This document shows, one piece after another, positions 39,930 to 48,496 of a stretch of DNA of 64,000 nt. The DNA lies in contig CAVQXH010000001.1 of assembly GCA_963717845.1 (NCBI GenBank), positions 1,264,942-1,328,941 of the forward strand, given 5' to 3'. The first letter of the stretch is position 1, and each line of letters opens with the position of its first letter. A program made the translations under genes and the position numbers. The notes under the pieces are model-generated. The model worked only from the letters and a program-made list of their open reading frames with translations. It ran no database searches and was not told the origin of the DNA. Source of the stretch: an uncultured Actinomycetes bacterium. Its GTDB lineage: Bacteria > Actinomycetota > Thermoleophilia > Gaiellales > JAICJC01.

Positions 39930-40749
39930 GTGACCGCGCCCGCGGCGACCTCCTTCACGTTCGAGCCGGCCTTCGCCGTGGCCGCCGCCCTGGCCGCGGT
40001 GGTGTACCTGCGCGCCGCCCACCGGGCGGCCGTCCCAGGCTGGCGGCGGGCATCGTTCCTCGCAGGGATGGTGCTGATGGCCGCCCCGCTCAACTCGCCG
40101 CTCGAGACGATCGCGGTGCACTACCTGCTGCTCGGCCACCTGGTGCAGAACGCGCTCATCGCCGATCTGGCGCCGCCGCTCGCTGCTGCTCGGGCTCACG
40201 GCCGGCATGGGCGCGGCGATCCTGCGCCGGCTGGGCCCGACCGGGCGGCTGCTGCAGTCGGGCTTCGGCTGGCCGCTGTGGGTGGTGGGGTGGTACGGCA
40301 CCCACCTCGCCCGTCCCTACACCTACGCCCTCGAGCACCCGCTGGCGCTCGACGCCGAGCACGCGTTCCTGATCCTGATCGGCCTGTGCTTCTGGTGGCC
40401 CGTGGTGGTGCCGGGCCCGCGCCGGATGGGCTCGGGCGTCGCCGTGCTCTACCTGCTCGGGGCCTTCGTCGCCGCCTCGTTCCTCGGCCTCGCCTACACC
40501 TTCATCCCGACGCCGCTCTACGCCTACTACGTCCACGCCCCGCGGCTCTGGGGCATCTCGGCGGCCCGCGACCAGAACCTCGGCGGAGTGCTCATGACCG
40601 CCGAGCAGTCGGCCGTGTTCCTGACCGCGGTGGCGCTCACGCTCCTGCGCCTGCTCGAGGAGGAGCAGGAGCGGGCCGACCACCAGGTGGCGGCGGCGCT
40701 CGAGGGCGAGGCCGCGCGGGCGGGGAGCGCGCCGGCGCGAGAGGATTAG
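39930..40749 (+). pseudogene. ctaG: CtaG-like cytochrome c oxidase assembly factor (COG3336 type), copy 1, with an apparent +1 frame break near 40178-40190
   Basis: The N-terminal 84 aa are in the frame of ORF 39930 (..HLVQNALIADLAPPL). The sequence continues in the frame of ORF 40207 (LLLLGLTAGMGAAILRRL...). The joined product is colinear with copy 2. Confidence 0.7.
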
Positions 40750-40755
40750 CGCCGC

Positions 40756-41586
40756 ATGCTGCCGCTCCTCGCCGCACGGGACGTGTCGGCCGCCTCGATC
40801 GCGGGCGCCTGGCACCTGCGCCCGGCGGCGGCCGTGTTCACGATCCTGGCCCTGGCGGCGTTCGCCCCCGCCTTCGCCCGCGCCCGCCGCAGCGATCCGG
40901 CGGGGGCGCCGTGGACGCGCGCCGCGCTCTTCGCCGCGGGCGTCGCCCTGATGACGGTGCCGTTGTGCTCGCCGCTCAACGCCGCCGCCGAGCGCTATCT
41001 GCTGTCGGCGCACATGCTCGAGCATGTGCTCCTGGCCGACGCCGGCCCGGCGCTGCTCGTGCTGGCCGTGCGCGGGCCGATCGCCCGGGGCATGGCCGAG
41101 CGGCTGCGGCCACTGCGGCCGGTGACCGACGTGCTGTTGCGACCTGGCGTCACGCTCGCAGCGTGGGCGGGCGTGATCGGCCTCTGGCACGTGCCGGCCC
41201 TGTATGACCGCGCGCTCGGGTCGGCCGCGCTGCACAACCTCGAGCATGCCTCGTTCGTCCTCGTCGGGACGTTGGTCTGGATCCAGATGATCGACCCCAC
41301 CGGCAGCGGCCGGCTGGCGCTGCCCGGGCGGCTGGCCTTCACGGTGGCCGTGTTCTTCGCCGGCCAGGTGCTCTCCGACGCGCTCGTGTTCTCGTTCCAT
41401 GCGTACTACCCGGCGTACGCCGATCAGCCCGGCCGCCTGCTCGGGCTCTCGCCGCTCGCCGACCAGCGCCTAGCGGGCATCGTGATGGCGCTCGAGCAGC
41501 TGCTGACGCTGGGGACGTGCTTCGTGGTGCTCCTGCTCCAGCTGCGCCGCGGCGGCCGGCTGCAGCGGGCTGTGATGCGCGCTTAA
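40756..41586 (+). CDS. ctaG: CtaG-like cytochrome c oxidase assembly factor, copy 2 (intact)
   Basis: 276-aa polytopic protein with HMLEHVLLADAGPALLVLA...NLEHASFVLVG..., the conserved His-containing motifs. Confidence 0.8.
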   Translation: MLPLLAARDVSAASIAGAWHLRPAAAVFTILALAAFAPAFARARRSDPAGAPWTRAALFAAGVALMTVPLCSPLNAAAERYLLSAHMLEHVLLADAGPALLVLAVRGPIARGMAERLRPLRPVTDVLLRPGVTLAAWAGVIGLWHVPALYDRALGSAALHNLEHASFVLVGTLVWIQMIDPTGSGRLALPGRLAFTVAVFFAGQVLSDALVFSFHAYYPAYADQPGRLLGLSPLADQRLAGIVMALEQLLTLGTCFVVLLLQLRRGGRLQRAVMRA

Positions 41587-41607
41587 GACTCGCGGCGGCC
41601 ATCATGA

Positions 41608-41743
41608 GGGCCGGTTGAGGCGGCCGGGAATACGTTGGCCGCATGACCGCCGCCTCGCCCGCTCCGGCACCGCAGCGTGACGCAATCTTGAGCCTCCCGG
41701 CCCGATCTTTCAGGGCCGGTTGAGGCGTTCGTGCCTACGTTGG
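41608..41743 (+). promoter_or_regulatory. Three-part leader: duplicated GGGCCGGTTGAGGCG-N8-TACGTTGG elements flanking a complementary GAGCCTCCCGGCCC segment
   Basis: Copy 1 is 41608-41622 plus 41631-41638. Copy 2 is 41713-41727 plus 41736-41743. The complement is at 41690-41703. Copy 2 contains the GAGG Shine-Dalgarno sequence 5 nt before the GTG at 41731. Confidence 0.6.
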
Positions 41744-42375
41744 GGACGATGATTCAGCACGACTCCAAGGCTGGCCGCCGGGCCTCCGCAGAGACGGACG
41801 CGCTCCCCAGCCCGCTGCGCTCGGCCGCTCCGTACGCCGTCATCCTCGCGGCCGCGCCGGTGATGGCGGCGGGGCGTGCCATCACGTGGCGCTGGGCCCT
41901 CGCAATGGCGACCGCAGCGCTCGTCGCCGCGGCAGGTGCAGGTGCCTGGGGCTGGATGCGGCGCGTCATGGTGTGCGACCTGGCCGACCGGTGGATCGCC
42001 ACCGGCGCCGGCGCGCCGCCCGCGGACGCCGTCGTGACGCAGCGCCGGGCGCAGCTCTCGAGCACGCGCGAGCAGCGCATGCTGGCCACGTCGCTGCGGC
42101 GGCTCGTCGCCGCCGCTCAGGAGCCTGCGCGCGTCTCGGCGCGGGTGCCCACCGACCGCCGGGCCGTGCGCGCCGAGGCCGCGGCGATCGAGCGCCTGGC
42201 GGCGCACCTGGCTGATGTGAACACGCCGGTCGAGGCGCGCAGCGTCGCCCTCGTGCACCTGCTCGTCTCCGACGCCGGCAGCCCGCTTTACCGCAATGGA
42301 CAGCCGGGCGGGGAGGACCTGCACCGGCGCCTGACCCAGGTGCTGTTCGAGATCGAGAGAGGTGTGGACCGATGA
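41731..42375 (+). CDS. Hypothetical membrane protein (2 predicted TM segments plus a helical soluble domain), first gene of the kdp transcription unit
   Basis: 214-aa ORF. Its stop overlaps (ATGA) the next small ORF, which overlaps kdpF. I recognised no family. Confidence 0.6.
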   Translation: MPTLGTMIQHDSKAGRRASAETDALPSPLRSAAPYAVILAAAPVMAAGRAITWRWALAMATAALVAAAGAGAWGWMRRVMVCDLADRWIATGAGAPPADAVVTQRRAQLSSTREQRMLATSLRRLVAAAQEPARVSARVPTDRRAVRAEAAAIERLAAHLADVNTPVEARSVALVHLLVSDAGSPLYRNGQPGGEDLHRRLTQVLFEIERGVDR

Positions 42376-42455
42376 ATGATGTGGAGTCAATCGTGCTCAT
42401 GGTCGTCTGCATGGTGGCCATGTTCGGCGTGATCGCCGGATTCGAGCGTCTGTGA
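42372..42455 (+). CDS. 27-aa hydrophobic peptide (MNDVESIVLMVVCMVAMFGVIAGFERL)
   Basis: Hand-translated. It has an ATGA overlap upstream and a TGATG overlap with kdpF downstream. GC3 is mostly G/C. Confidence 0.5.
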   Translation: MNDVESIVLMVVCMVAMFGVIAGFERL

Positions 42456-42544
42456 TGGCCGGCAGCGACATCTTCGGCCTCGTCGTCTCGATCCTGCTCT
42501 TCGTCTACCTCTGCTACGCGCTCTTTCGAGGGGAGAACCTGTAG
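42455..42544 (+). CDS. kdpF: K+-transporting ATPase subunit F
   Basis: Hand-translated as MAGSDIFGLVVSILLFVYLCYALFRGENL, which matches the KdpF pattern (..YL.YAL..). It ends 1 nt before the kdpA ATG. Confidence 0.8.
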   Translation: MAGSDIFGLVVSILLFVYLCYALFRGENL

Positions 42545-44269
42545 ATGACCCTCATTCCCGCGCAGGGGATCGCGCAGATCCTCTTCTACGTCATCGTGCT
42601 GCTGGCGGTGACGCCGCTCCTGGGCTCCTACATGGCCCGGGTGTACGAGGGCGAGGACGTCCTGCTCGCCCGCTGGTTCGGCGTTGCGGAGCGCGGCTTC
42701 TACCGCCTGCTGCGGACATCGCCCGAGGACGAGCAGGACTGGAAGGGCTACGGCACGAGCGTGATCGTGTTCAGCCTGCTCTTCCTGATCCCGCTGTACG
42801 TGCTCCTGCGTGTGCAGGGACACCTGCCGCTCAATCCTGACCACCTCCCGAGCGTCAACGCCGGCGTCGCCGCGAACACCGCCTCGAGCTTCGTCACGAA
42901 CACGAACTGGCAGTACTACGGCGGCGAGTACACCATGAGCTACCTGAGCCAGATGGCCGGCCTCGCGGTGCAGAACTTCATCTCGGCCGCCGTCGGCATG
43001 GCCGTGCTGGCCGCGATGATCCGCGGCTTCGCCCGCCGCGAGACCTCCAAGCTCGGCAACTTCTGGGTCGATCTCTACCGCACGACCGCCTACATCCTGC
43101 TGCCGATCTGCATCGTCACGGCGGCCTTCTTCATCTGGCAGGGCGTCCCCGACACGTTCAGCGGCCACGCGGTCGCGCACACCGTCCAGGGCCACACGCA
43201 GAGCATCGCCCGCGGGCCGGTGGCGTCCCAGATCGCGATCAAGCAGCTGGGCACGAACGGCGGCGGCTTCTACAACTCGAACTCGGCCGTGCCGTTCGAG
43301 AACCCGACCGGGTTCACGAACTTCGTCTCGATGCTGTTCCTGCTGATCATCGGATCGGCAGAGGTGTTCATGTTCGGGAAGATGGTGCGGGCGACCCGGC
43401 AGGGGTGGTCGATCCTCGCGGTCATGTTCATCCTGATGATCGCGGGCGTCGTGATCGCCGCCCCCGCCGAGCAGCACGCATCGCCGGTGCTGCGCCAGTC
43501 GGGCGTCAACATCACGGCGTCGGCCAATTCGCCCGGCGGCAACATGGAGGGCAAGGAGATCCGCTGGGGGATCGCCAACAGCGCTCTTTGGGCCGACGCG
43601 ACGACCGACGCCTCAAACGGCTCGGTGAACGCGAGCCACGACTCGATGACGGCCCTCGGCGGCGCGGTGCCGCTGACCAACATCTTCATCGGCGAGGTGA
43701 TCTTCGGCGGTGTCGGCTCGGGCCTCTACGGCATGCTCATGCTGGTCATCATCGCCGTCTTCGTCGGCGGCCTGATGGTCGGGCGCACGCCCGAGTACCT
43801 GGGCAAGAAGATCGAGGCCCGGGAGATGAAGCTGGCCGTGATCGGCTCGATCTGGGTGCCGCTCGTCGTGCTCGTCCTGACGGCCGTCGCGATGTCGACG
43901 CACGCGGGCAAGCTCTCGATCTTCAACGCCGGCCCGCACGGCTTCACCGAGGCGTTCTACGCCTACACGTCGCAGACCAACAACAACGGCAGCGCCTTCG
44001 CCGGCTACGGGGCGCTGCACTTCTCGACCATGCTCGGCGCATTCGCGATGCTGGTGGGGCGGTTCGTGCCGCTCCTGGCGGCGCTCGCGATCGGCGGCTC
44101 GGTGGCGCTCAAGAAGACCGCCCCCGCGTCGGCCGGGACGATGCGCACCGACGGGCCAACGTTCGTGGTGCTCCTGACCGGCGTCGTCATCCTGCTGCCC
44201 GCCCTCACCATCCTGCCCGCGATCGTGCTGGGCCCGGTGGTCGAGGCACTCACAACGAAGCTCTTCTAG
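42545..44269 (+). CDS. kdpA: K+-transporting ATPase subunit A
   Basis: 574 aa, with TNTNWQ.Y.GE, QLGTNGGGF.N.NSA.PFEN and NNGSAFAG. Confidence 0.95.
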   Translation: MTLIPAQGIAQILFYVIVLLAVTPLLGSYMARVYEGEDVLLARWFGVAERGFYRLLRTSPEDEQDWKGYGTSVIVFSLLFLIPLYVLLRVQGHLPLNPDHLPSVNAGVAANTASSFVTNTNWQYYGGEYTMSYLSQMAGLAVQNFISAAVGMAVLAAMIRGFARRETSKLGNFWVDLYRTTAYILLPICIVTAAFFIWQGVPDTFSGHAVAHTVQGHTQSIARGPVASQIAIKQLGTNGGGFYNSNSAVPFENPTGFTNFVSMLFLLIIGSAEVFMFGKMVRATRQGWSILAVMFILMIAGVVIAAPAEQHASPVLRQSGVNITASANSPGGNMEGKEIRWGIANSALWADATTDASNGSVNASHDSMTALGGAVPLTNIFIGEVIFGGVGSGLYGMLMLVIIAVFVGGLMVGRTPEYLGKKIEAREMKLAVIGSIWVPLVVLVLTAVAMSTHAGKLSIFNAGPHGFTEAFYAYTSQTNNNGSAFAGYGALHFSTMLGAFAMLVGRFVPLLAALAIGGSVALKKTAPASAGTMRTDGPTFVVLLTGVVILLPALTILPAIVLGPVVEALTTKLF

Positions 44270-44286
44270 AGAGGGGCGACATCACC

Positions 44287-44865
44287 ATGCGCAAGGACAT
44301 CATCCGCTCGGCGATCGTGATCGTCGCGAGCACCGTCGTGCTCGGGTTGATCTACCCCGCGGTGATGGTGCTGTTCGGCCAGGTCTTCTTCTCGAGCCAG
44401 GCCAACGGCAGCCTCATCACCCGCAACGGCAAGACCGTGGGCTCGAAGCTCGCCGCGCAGGCGTTCAACGGCCCGCGCTACTTCCACGAGCGCCCGTCGG
44501 CGGTCGCCTATAACGCCGCCGGCACGAGCTTCTCCAACCTCGGCCCGAACGCCAAGGCGCTGCGGACGCTCGTGAAGACCCGGATCCGGAAGATCATGGC
44601 GCTCGAGGGGCCGTACAACCCCGGTCTGACCGTCCACGACATTCCGGTCGACGCCGTTACGGCCTCGGCATCGGGCATCGACCCCGAGATCTCGAAGGCG
44701 TACGCCTACCTGCAGGCGCCGCGGATCGCGGCGGTGCGGCACCTGCCGCTCGCGACCGTCCGCAGCCTGATCACCTCACACGTCACCGGCCGCTCCCTGG
44801 GCTTCCTCGGGGAGCCGGGCGTGAACGTGCTCGAGCTCAACCTCGCACTCGACCAGGAGCACTGA
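44287..44865 (+). CDS. kdpC: K+-transporting ATPase subunit C
   Basis: The ATG at 44287 gives an N-terminal TM, then GSLI..NGK.VGS.L.AQ.F....[19 protein letters not shown] and [10 protein letters not shown]. Confidence 0.9.
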   Translation: MRKDIIRSAIVIVASTVVLGLIYPAVMVLFGQVFFSSQANGSLITRNGKTVGSKLAAQAFNGPRYFHERPSAVAYNAAGTSFSNLGPNAKALRTLVKTRIRKIMALEGPYNPGLTVHDIPVDAVTASASGIDPEISKAYAYLQAPRIAAVRHLPLATVRSLITSHVTGRSLGFLGEPGVNVLELNLALDQEH

Positions 44866-46922
44866 TGGCCCGGCAAGAAGCCAAGCTGTTCACGCGGGAG
44901 ATCGTCACCCGCGCGACGATCGACTCGATCAAGAAGCTCGATCCCCGGATCCAGCTGCGAAATCCGGTCATGTTCGTGGTCGAGGTGGGCTCGGCGATCA
45001 CCACCGCCACCTTCTTCATCGACCTGATCGGCGGCGGCGGCCAGGCGCTCTGGTTCACCGGCGACATCGCCCTCTGGCTGTGGCTCACGGTGATCTTCGC
45101 GAACTTCGCCGAGGCGATCGCCGAGGGCCGCGGCAAGGCCCAGGCCGACACGCTGCGGGCGATGCGCACGACGACGCTGGCCACGAGGCGGCGCGACGAC
45201 GGCGGCACCGAGCAGGTGCCGGCCCCCGAGCTGCGGCGCGGCGACATCGTGGTGGTCGAGGCCGGCGAGGCGATCCCCGCAGACGGAGACGTCGTCGAGG
45301 GCATCGGCTCGGTGGACGAGTCGGCCATCACCGGCGAGTCGGCGCCGGTGATCCGCGAGTCGGGCGGCGACCGCTCGGCCGTCACCGGCGGCACCCGGCT
45401 GCTCTCCGACCGCCTGGTCGTCCAGGTCACGCAGGAGCCGGGCAAGTCCTTCCTCGACCGCATGATCGCGCTGGTCGAGGGCGCGGCCCGGCGCAAGACG
45501 CCCAACGAGATCGCGCTCAACATCCTGCTCGCCGGCCTCACCCTGATCTTCCTGGTCGCCGTCGTGACGCTGCAGCCGTTCGCCCTGTATGCCAAGAGCG
45601 GCGTCTCGACGACCGTGCTGATCTGCCTGCTCGTGGCGTTGATCCCGACCACGATCGGCGCGCTGCTCTCCTGCATCGGCATCGCCGGCATGGACCGGCT
45701 CGTGCGCCGCAACGTGCTCGCCCTGTCGGGCCGCGCGGTCGAGGCCTCGGGCGACATCGACGTGCTCCTGCTCGACAAGACGGGCACGATCACGCTCGGC
45801 AACCGCGAGGCCGTCGAGTTCATCCCCGCCCCGGGGGTGGAGCCGCACGACCTGGCCGAGGCCGCCCAGCTCTCGTCGCTGGCCGACGAGACGCCCGAGG
45901 GCCGCTCGATCGTCGTCCTCGCCAAGCAGTTCGGCGTGCGCGAGCACGAGCTCTCGACCATCGAGGCCGAGTTCGTCCCCTTCTCGGCCACCACCCGCAT
46001 GAGCGGTGTGAACATGAACGGCACGGTCATCCGCAAGGGCGCGACCGACGCGGTGCGCCACTTCGTCGAGGAGAGCGGCGGCCGCGTGCCGGCCGAGGTC
46101 GACGCGGCCGTCGATCGCATCGCCCGGGACGGCGGCACCCCGCTCGTCGTCGCCCGCGACAACTGGACGCTTGGCGTCATCTACCTGAAGGACATCGTCA
46201 AGGGCGGCATCAAGGAGCGCTTCGACGAGCTGCGCAAGATGGGCATCCGCACGGTGATGATCACCGGGGACAACCCCGTCACGGCCGCATTCATCGCCAA
46301 CGAGTCCGGTGTCGACGACTTCCTGGCCGAGGCGACGCCCGAGAACAAGATGGCCCTGATCAAGGAGGAGCAGGCCAAGGGCCGCATGGTCGCCATGACC
46401 GGCGACGGCACGAACGACGCGCCCGCGCTCGCCCAGGCCGACGTCGGCGTCGCCATGAACACCGGCACGCAGGCCGCGAAGGAGGCCGGCAACATGGTCG
46501 ACCTCGACTCCAACCCGACCAAGCTGATCGAGATCGTCGAGGTGGGCAAGCAGCTGCTGATCACGCGCGGCGCCCTGACCACGTTCTCGATCGCAAACGA
46601 CGTGGCCAAGTACTTCGCGATCCTGCCGGCCATGTTCGCGTTCACGTATGCGGCCCATCCCGGCGATCACGGGCCGCTCTGGACGATCAACGTCATGAAG
46701 CTCGGGACGCCGCTCTCGGCGGTCACCTCGGCCATCATCTTCAACGCCCTGGTCATCCCGATCCTGATCCCGCTCTCGCTGCGCGGCGTCCGCTACCGCG
46801 CGATCGGCGCCACCGCCCTGCTGCGCCGGAATCTGCTCATCTACGGCCTGGGCGGCATCATCGCGCCCTTCATCGGCATCAAGCTGATCGACCTCGTGGT
46901 GCACAACGTCCTCGGGGCGTAG
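44865..46922 (+). CDS. kdpB: K+-transporting P-type ATPase subunit B
   Basis: 685 aa, with the phosphorylation motif DKTGTIT, TGDNP and [18 protein letters not shown]. Confidence 0.95.
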   Translation: MARQEAKLFTREIVTRATIDSIKKLDPRIQLRNPVMFVVEVGSAITTATFFIDLIGGGGQALWFTGDIALWLWLTVIFANFAEAIAEGRGKAQADTLRAMRTTTLATRRRDDGGTEQVPAPELRRGDIVVVEAGEAIPADGDVVEGIGSVDESAITGESAPVIRESGGDRSAVTGGTRLLSDRLVVQVTQEPGKSFLDRMIALVEGAARRKTPNEIALNILLAGLTLIFLVAVVTLQPFALYAKSGVSTTVLICLLVALIPTTIGALLSCIGIAGMDRLVRRNVLALSGRAVEASGDIDVLLLDKTGTITLGNREAVEFIPAPGVEPHDLAEAAQLSSLADETPEGRSIVVLAKQFGVREHELSTIEAEFVPFSATTRMSGVNMNGTVIRKGATDAVRHFVEESGGRVPAEVDAAVDRIARDGGTPLVVARDNWTLGVIYLKDIVKGGIKERFDELRKMGIRTVMITGDNPVTAAFIANESGVDDFLAEATPENKMALIKEEQAKGRMVAMTGDGTNDAPALAQADVGVAMNTGTQAAKEAGNMVDLDSNPTKLIEIVEVGKQLLITRGALTTFSIANDVAKYFAILPAMFAFTYAAHPGDHGPLWTINVMKLGTPLSAVTSAIIFNALVIPILIPLSLRGVRYRAIGATALLRRNLLIYGLGGIIAPFIGIKLIDLVVHNVLGA

Positions 46923-46931
46923 GGTCGGCGG

Positions 46932-48020
46932 ATGCGCGGCCGATTCCGGATCCTGCTGGGTGCCGCCGCCGGGGTGGGGAAGACCTACCGCATGCTGCAG
47001 GAGGGCCGTCAGGCGGCGCTCGAGGGCGTCGATGTCGTCATCGGCTACCTCGAGCCGCACGACCGCCCCGAGACGGCGGCGCTCGCCGAGGGGCTCGAGG
47101 TCGTGGCGCGGCGGACGGTCGAGCACCAGGGGGTGGCGCTCCAGGAGATGGACACCGTCGCGGTCATCCGCCGCGCGCCGGAGCTCACCCTGATCGACGA
47201 GCTCGCCCACACGAACGCCCCCGGCTCGCGCCACGCCAAGCGCTACCAGGACATCGAGGACGTGCTCGACGCGGGCATCGACGTCATCTCCACCGTCAAC
47301 GTCCAGCACCTCGAGAGCCTGAACGACACGGTGTTCGAGCTGACCGGCGTGCGCGTCCGCGAGACGTTCCCCGACAGCATCCTGGACGAGGCCGACGAGG
47401 TCGTGCTGGTCGACCTCTCCCCGCAGGAGCTGCAGGAGCGCCTGCGCGCGGGCAAGGTGTACCCGATGAGCCGGGTCGACACGGCGCTGCAGAACTTCTT
47501 CCGCACCGAGAACCTGGGGGCGCTGCGCCAGCTCGCGCTGCGGGAGCTGTCCGAGGATGTCGAGGCCCGGCGCGAGACCGCAGTGATCGACCCGGCCGCG
47601 CAGCAGGCCATCCTCGAGCGGATCCTCGTCCTGGTCACGCCGCAGCCGAGCTCGCAGCGGCTGCTGCGGCGGGCCTGGCGCTCGGCTCAGCGGCTCGGTG
47701 CCGACATCGACGTCCTGTGGGTGCGCGACCCGGGCGAGCGCCTCTCCGAGGAGCAGACCGTCGCGCTGGCGGCGCTGCGGCGGCTCGCCGCGATCCTGGG
47801 CGCGCACTTCCTCGAGGAGGAGAGCGGCGACGTGATCGCGTCGGTGCGGTCGATCGTGATCGACCGCGGGACGACCTACGTCTACCTGGGCACGCCCGCG
47901 CGCCGCCGCGCCGAGGAGATCCTGCACGGAGCGTTCCTGGGCCGGCTGATCGCCGCGCTGCCGGGCGTCGACATCCGCATCGCAGCCGACCGCGCCCGCC
48001 GGCGGGAGCTGCACCCGTGA
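46932..48020 (+). CDS. kdpD: KdpD N-terminal sensor module (KdpD domain + Usp domain) as a separate protein
   Basis: FRILLGAAAGVGKTYRML.EG...DVVIGY.E.H.R.ET...DELAHTN...RH.KRYQD...GIDV.STVN.QH.ESL is the KdpD N-terminal domain. It ends at RARRRELHP before any TM segment. Confidence 0.88.
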   Translation: MRGRFRILLGAAAGVGKTYRMLQEGRQAALEGVDVVIGYLEPHDRPETAALAEGLEVVARRTVEHQGVALQEMDTVAVIRRAPELTLIDELAHTNAPGSRHAKRYQDIEDVLDAGIDVISTVNVQHLESLNDTVFELTGVRVRETFPDSILDEADEVVLVDLSPQELQERLRAGKVYPMSRVDTALQNFFRTENLGALRQLALRELSEDVEARRETAVIDPAAQQAILERILVLVTPQPSSQRLLRRAWRSAQRLGADIDVLWVRDPGERLSEEQTVALAALRRLAAILGAHFLEEESGDVIASVRSIVIDRGTTYVYLGTPARRRAEEILHGAFLGRLIAALPGVDIRIAADRARRRELHP

Positions 48021-48496
48021 GGCTCGGCCGGCGCCGCACGCCCCAGGCCCGCCCGGGCGCGCCGCGGCTGCTCGTCCCGTTCTCCGGTGGGCAGCTCGAC
48101 CCGGCCGTGCTCGACGCCGCACTTCGGATCGCCCGCGCCGACGAGGCGGTGTTCGTCCCCGCCTACCTGATCATGGTCCCGTTCTCGCTGGCGCTCGACT
48201 CGCCGCTGCGGCAGGAGGTCGAGGTGGCCCTGCCGGTGCTCGAGGCGGTCGAGCTGCACGCCCAGGAGGAGGGGGTGCCCGTCGACGCGCGCCTGGAGCG
48301 GGGGCGGTCGCTGCGCGACGCGCTGCGGCGGCTGTGGGAGGTCGAGAGCTTCGACCGCATCCTGCTGCCCGTCTCGGCCGACGAGCGGGCCGGCTTCGAC
48401 GAGCGCGACATCGCCTGGATCCTGATGCACGCTCCGACCGAGACGCTCGCATTGCGGCCCGCGGCGGGCAGCGTCCGTGCGAGAGTGACGCGGTGA
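48017..48496 (+). CDS. Stand-alone Usp-like protein inserted between the two KdpD parts
   Basis: The GTGA start overlaps the upstream stop. GC3 is high. The sequence LLVPFSGG...FVPAYLIMVP...DRILLPV is a USP-like alpha/beta pattern. Confidence 0.6.
   Translation: MRLGRRRTPQARPGAPRLLVPFSGGQLDPAVLDAALRIARADEAVFVPAYLIMVPFSLALDSPLRQEVEVALPVLEAVELHAQEEGVPVDARLERGRSLRDALRRLWEVESFDRILLPVSADERAGFDERDIAWILMHAPTETLALRPAAGSVRARVTR

Noticed and set aside
41604-41722. Leader peptides in the kdp leader: ATG-AGG-GCC-GGT-TGA (41604-41618) and a 26-codon ORF (41642-41722, MTAASPAPAPQRDAILSLPARSFRAG). Both end in the repeated RAG-stop.
   Set aside because: Neither has a credible Shine-Dalgarno sequence. The shared ending is a by-product of the DNA repeat, and GC3 support is weak. 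They are kept only as a remote possibility for attenuation.
41590-41760. A c-di-AMP (ydaO-type) riboswitch upstream of the kdp locus.
   Set aside because: I looked for the conserved ydaO-type sequence blocks and pseudo-twofold architecture and did not recognise them. The repeat/anti-repeat structure is reported as a finding instead. An Infernal scan would be decisive.
44706-48122. Very long alternative-frame and antisense ORFs, for example 1138 aa on both strands across kdpB/kdpD, 897 aa at 23057..25750 (minus) and 846 aa at 33321..35861 (minus).
   Set aside because: Their translations are Arg/Pro/Gly/Ala low-complexity strings typical of out-of-frame reading of high-GC DNA, where stop codons are scarce. 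They overlap ORFs with clear family motifs and proper GC3 bias.
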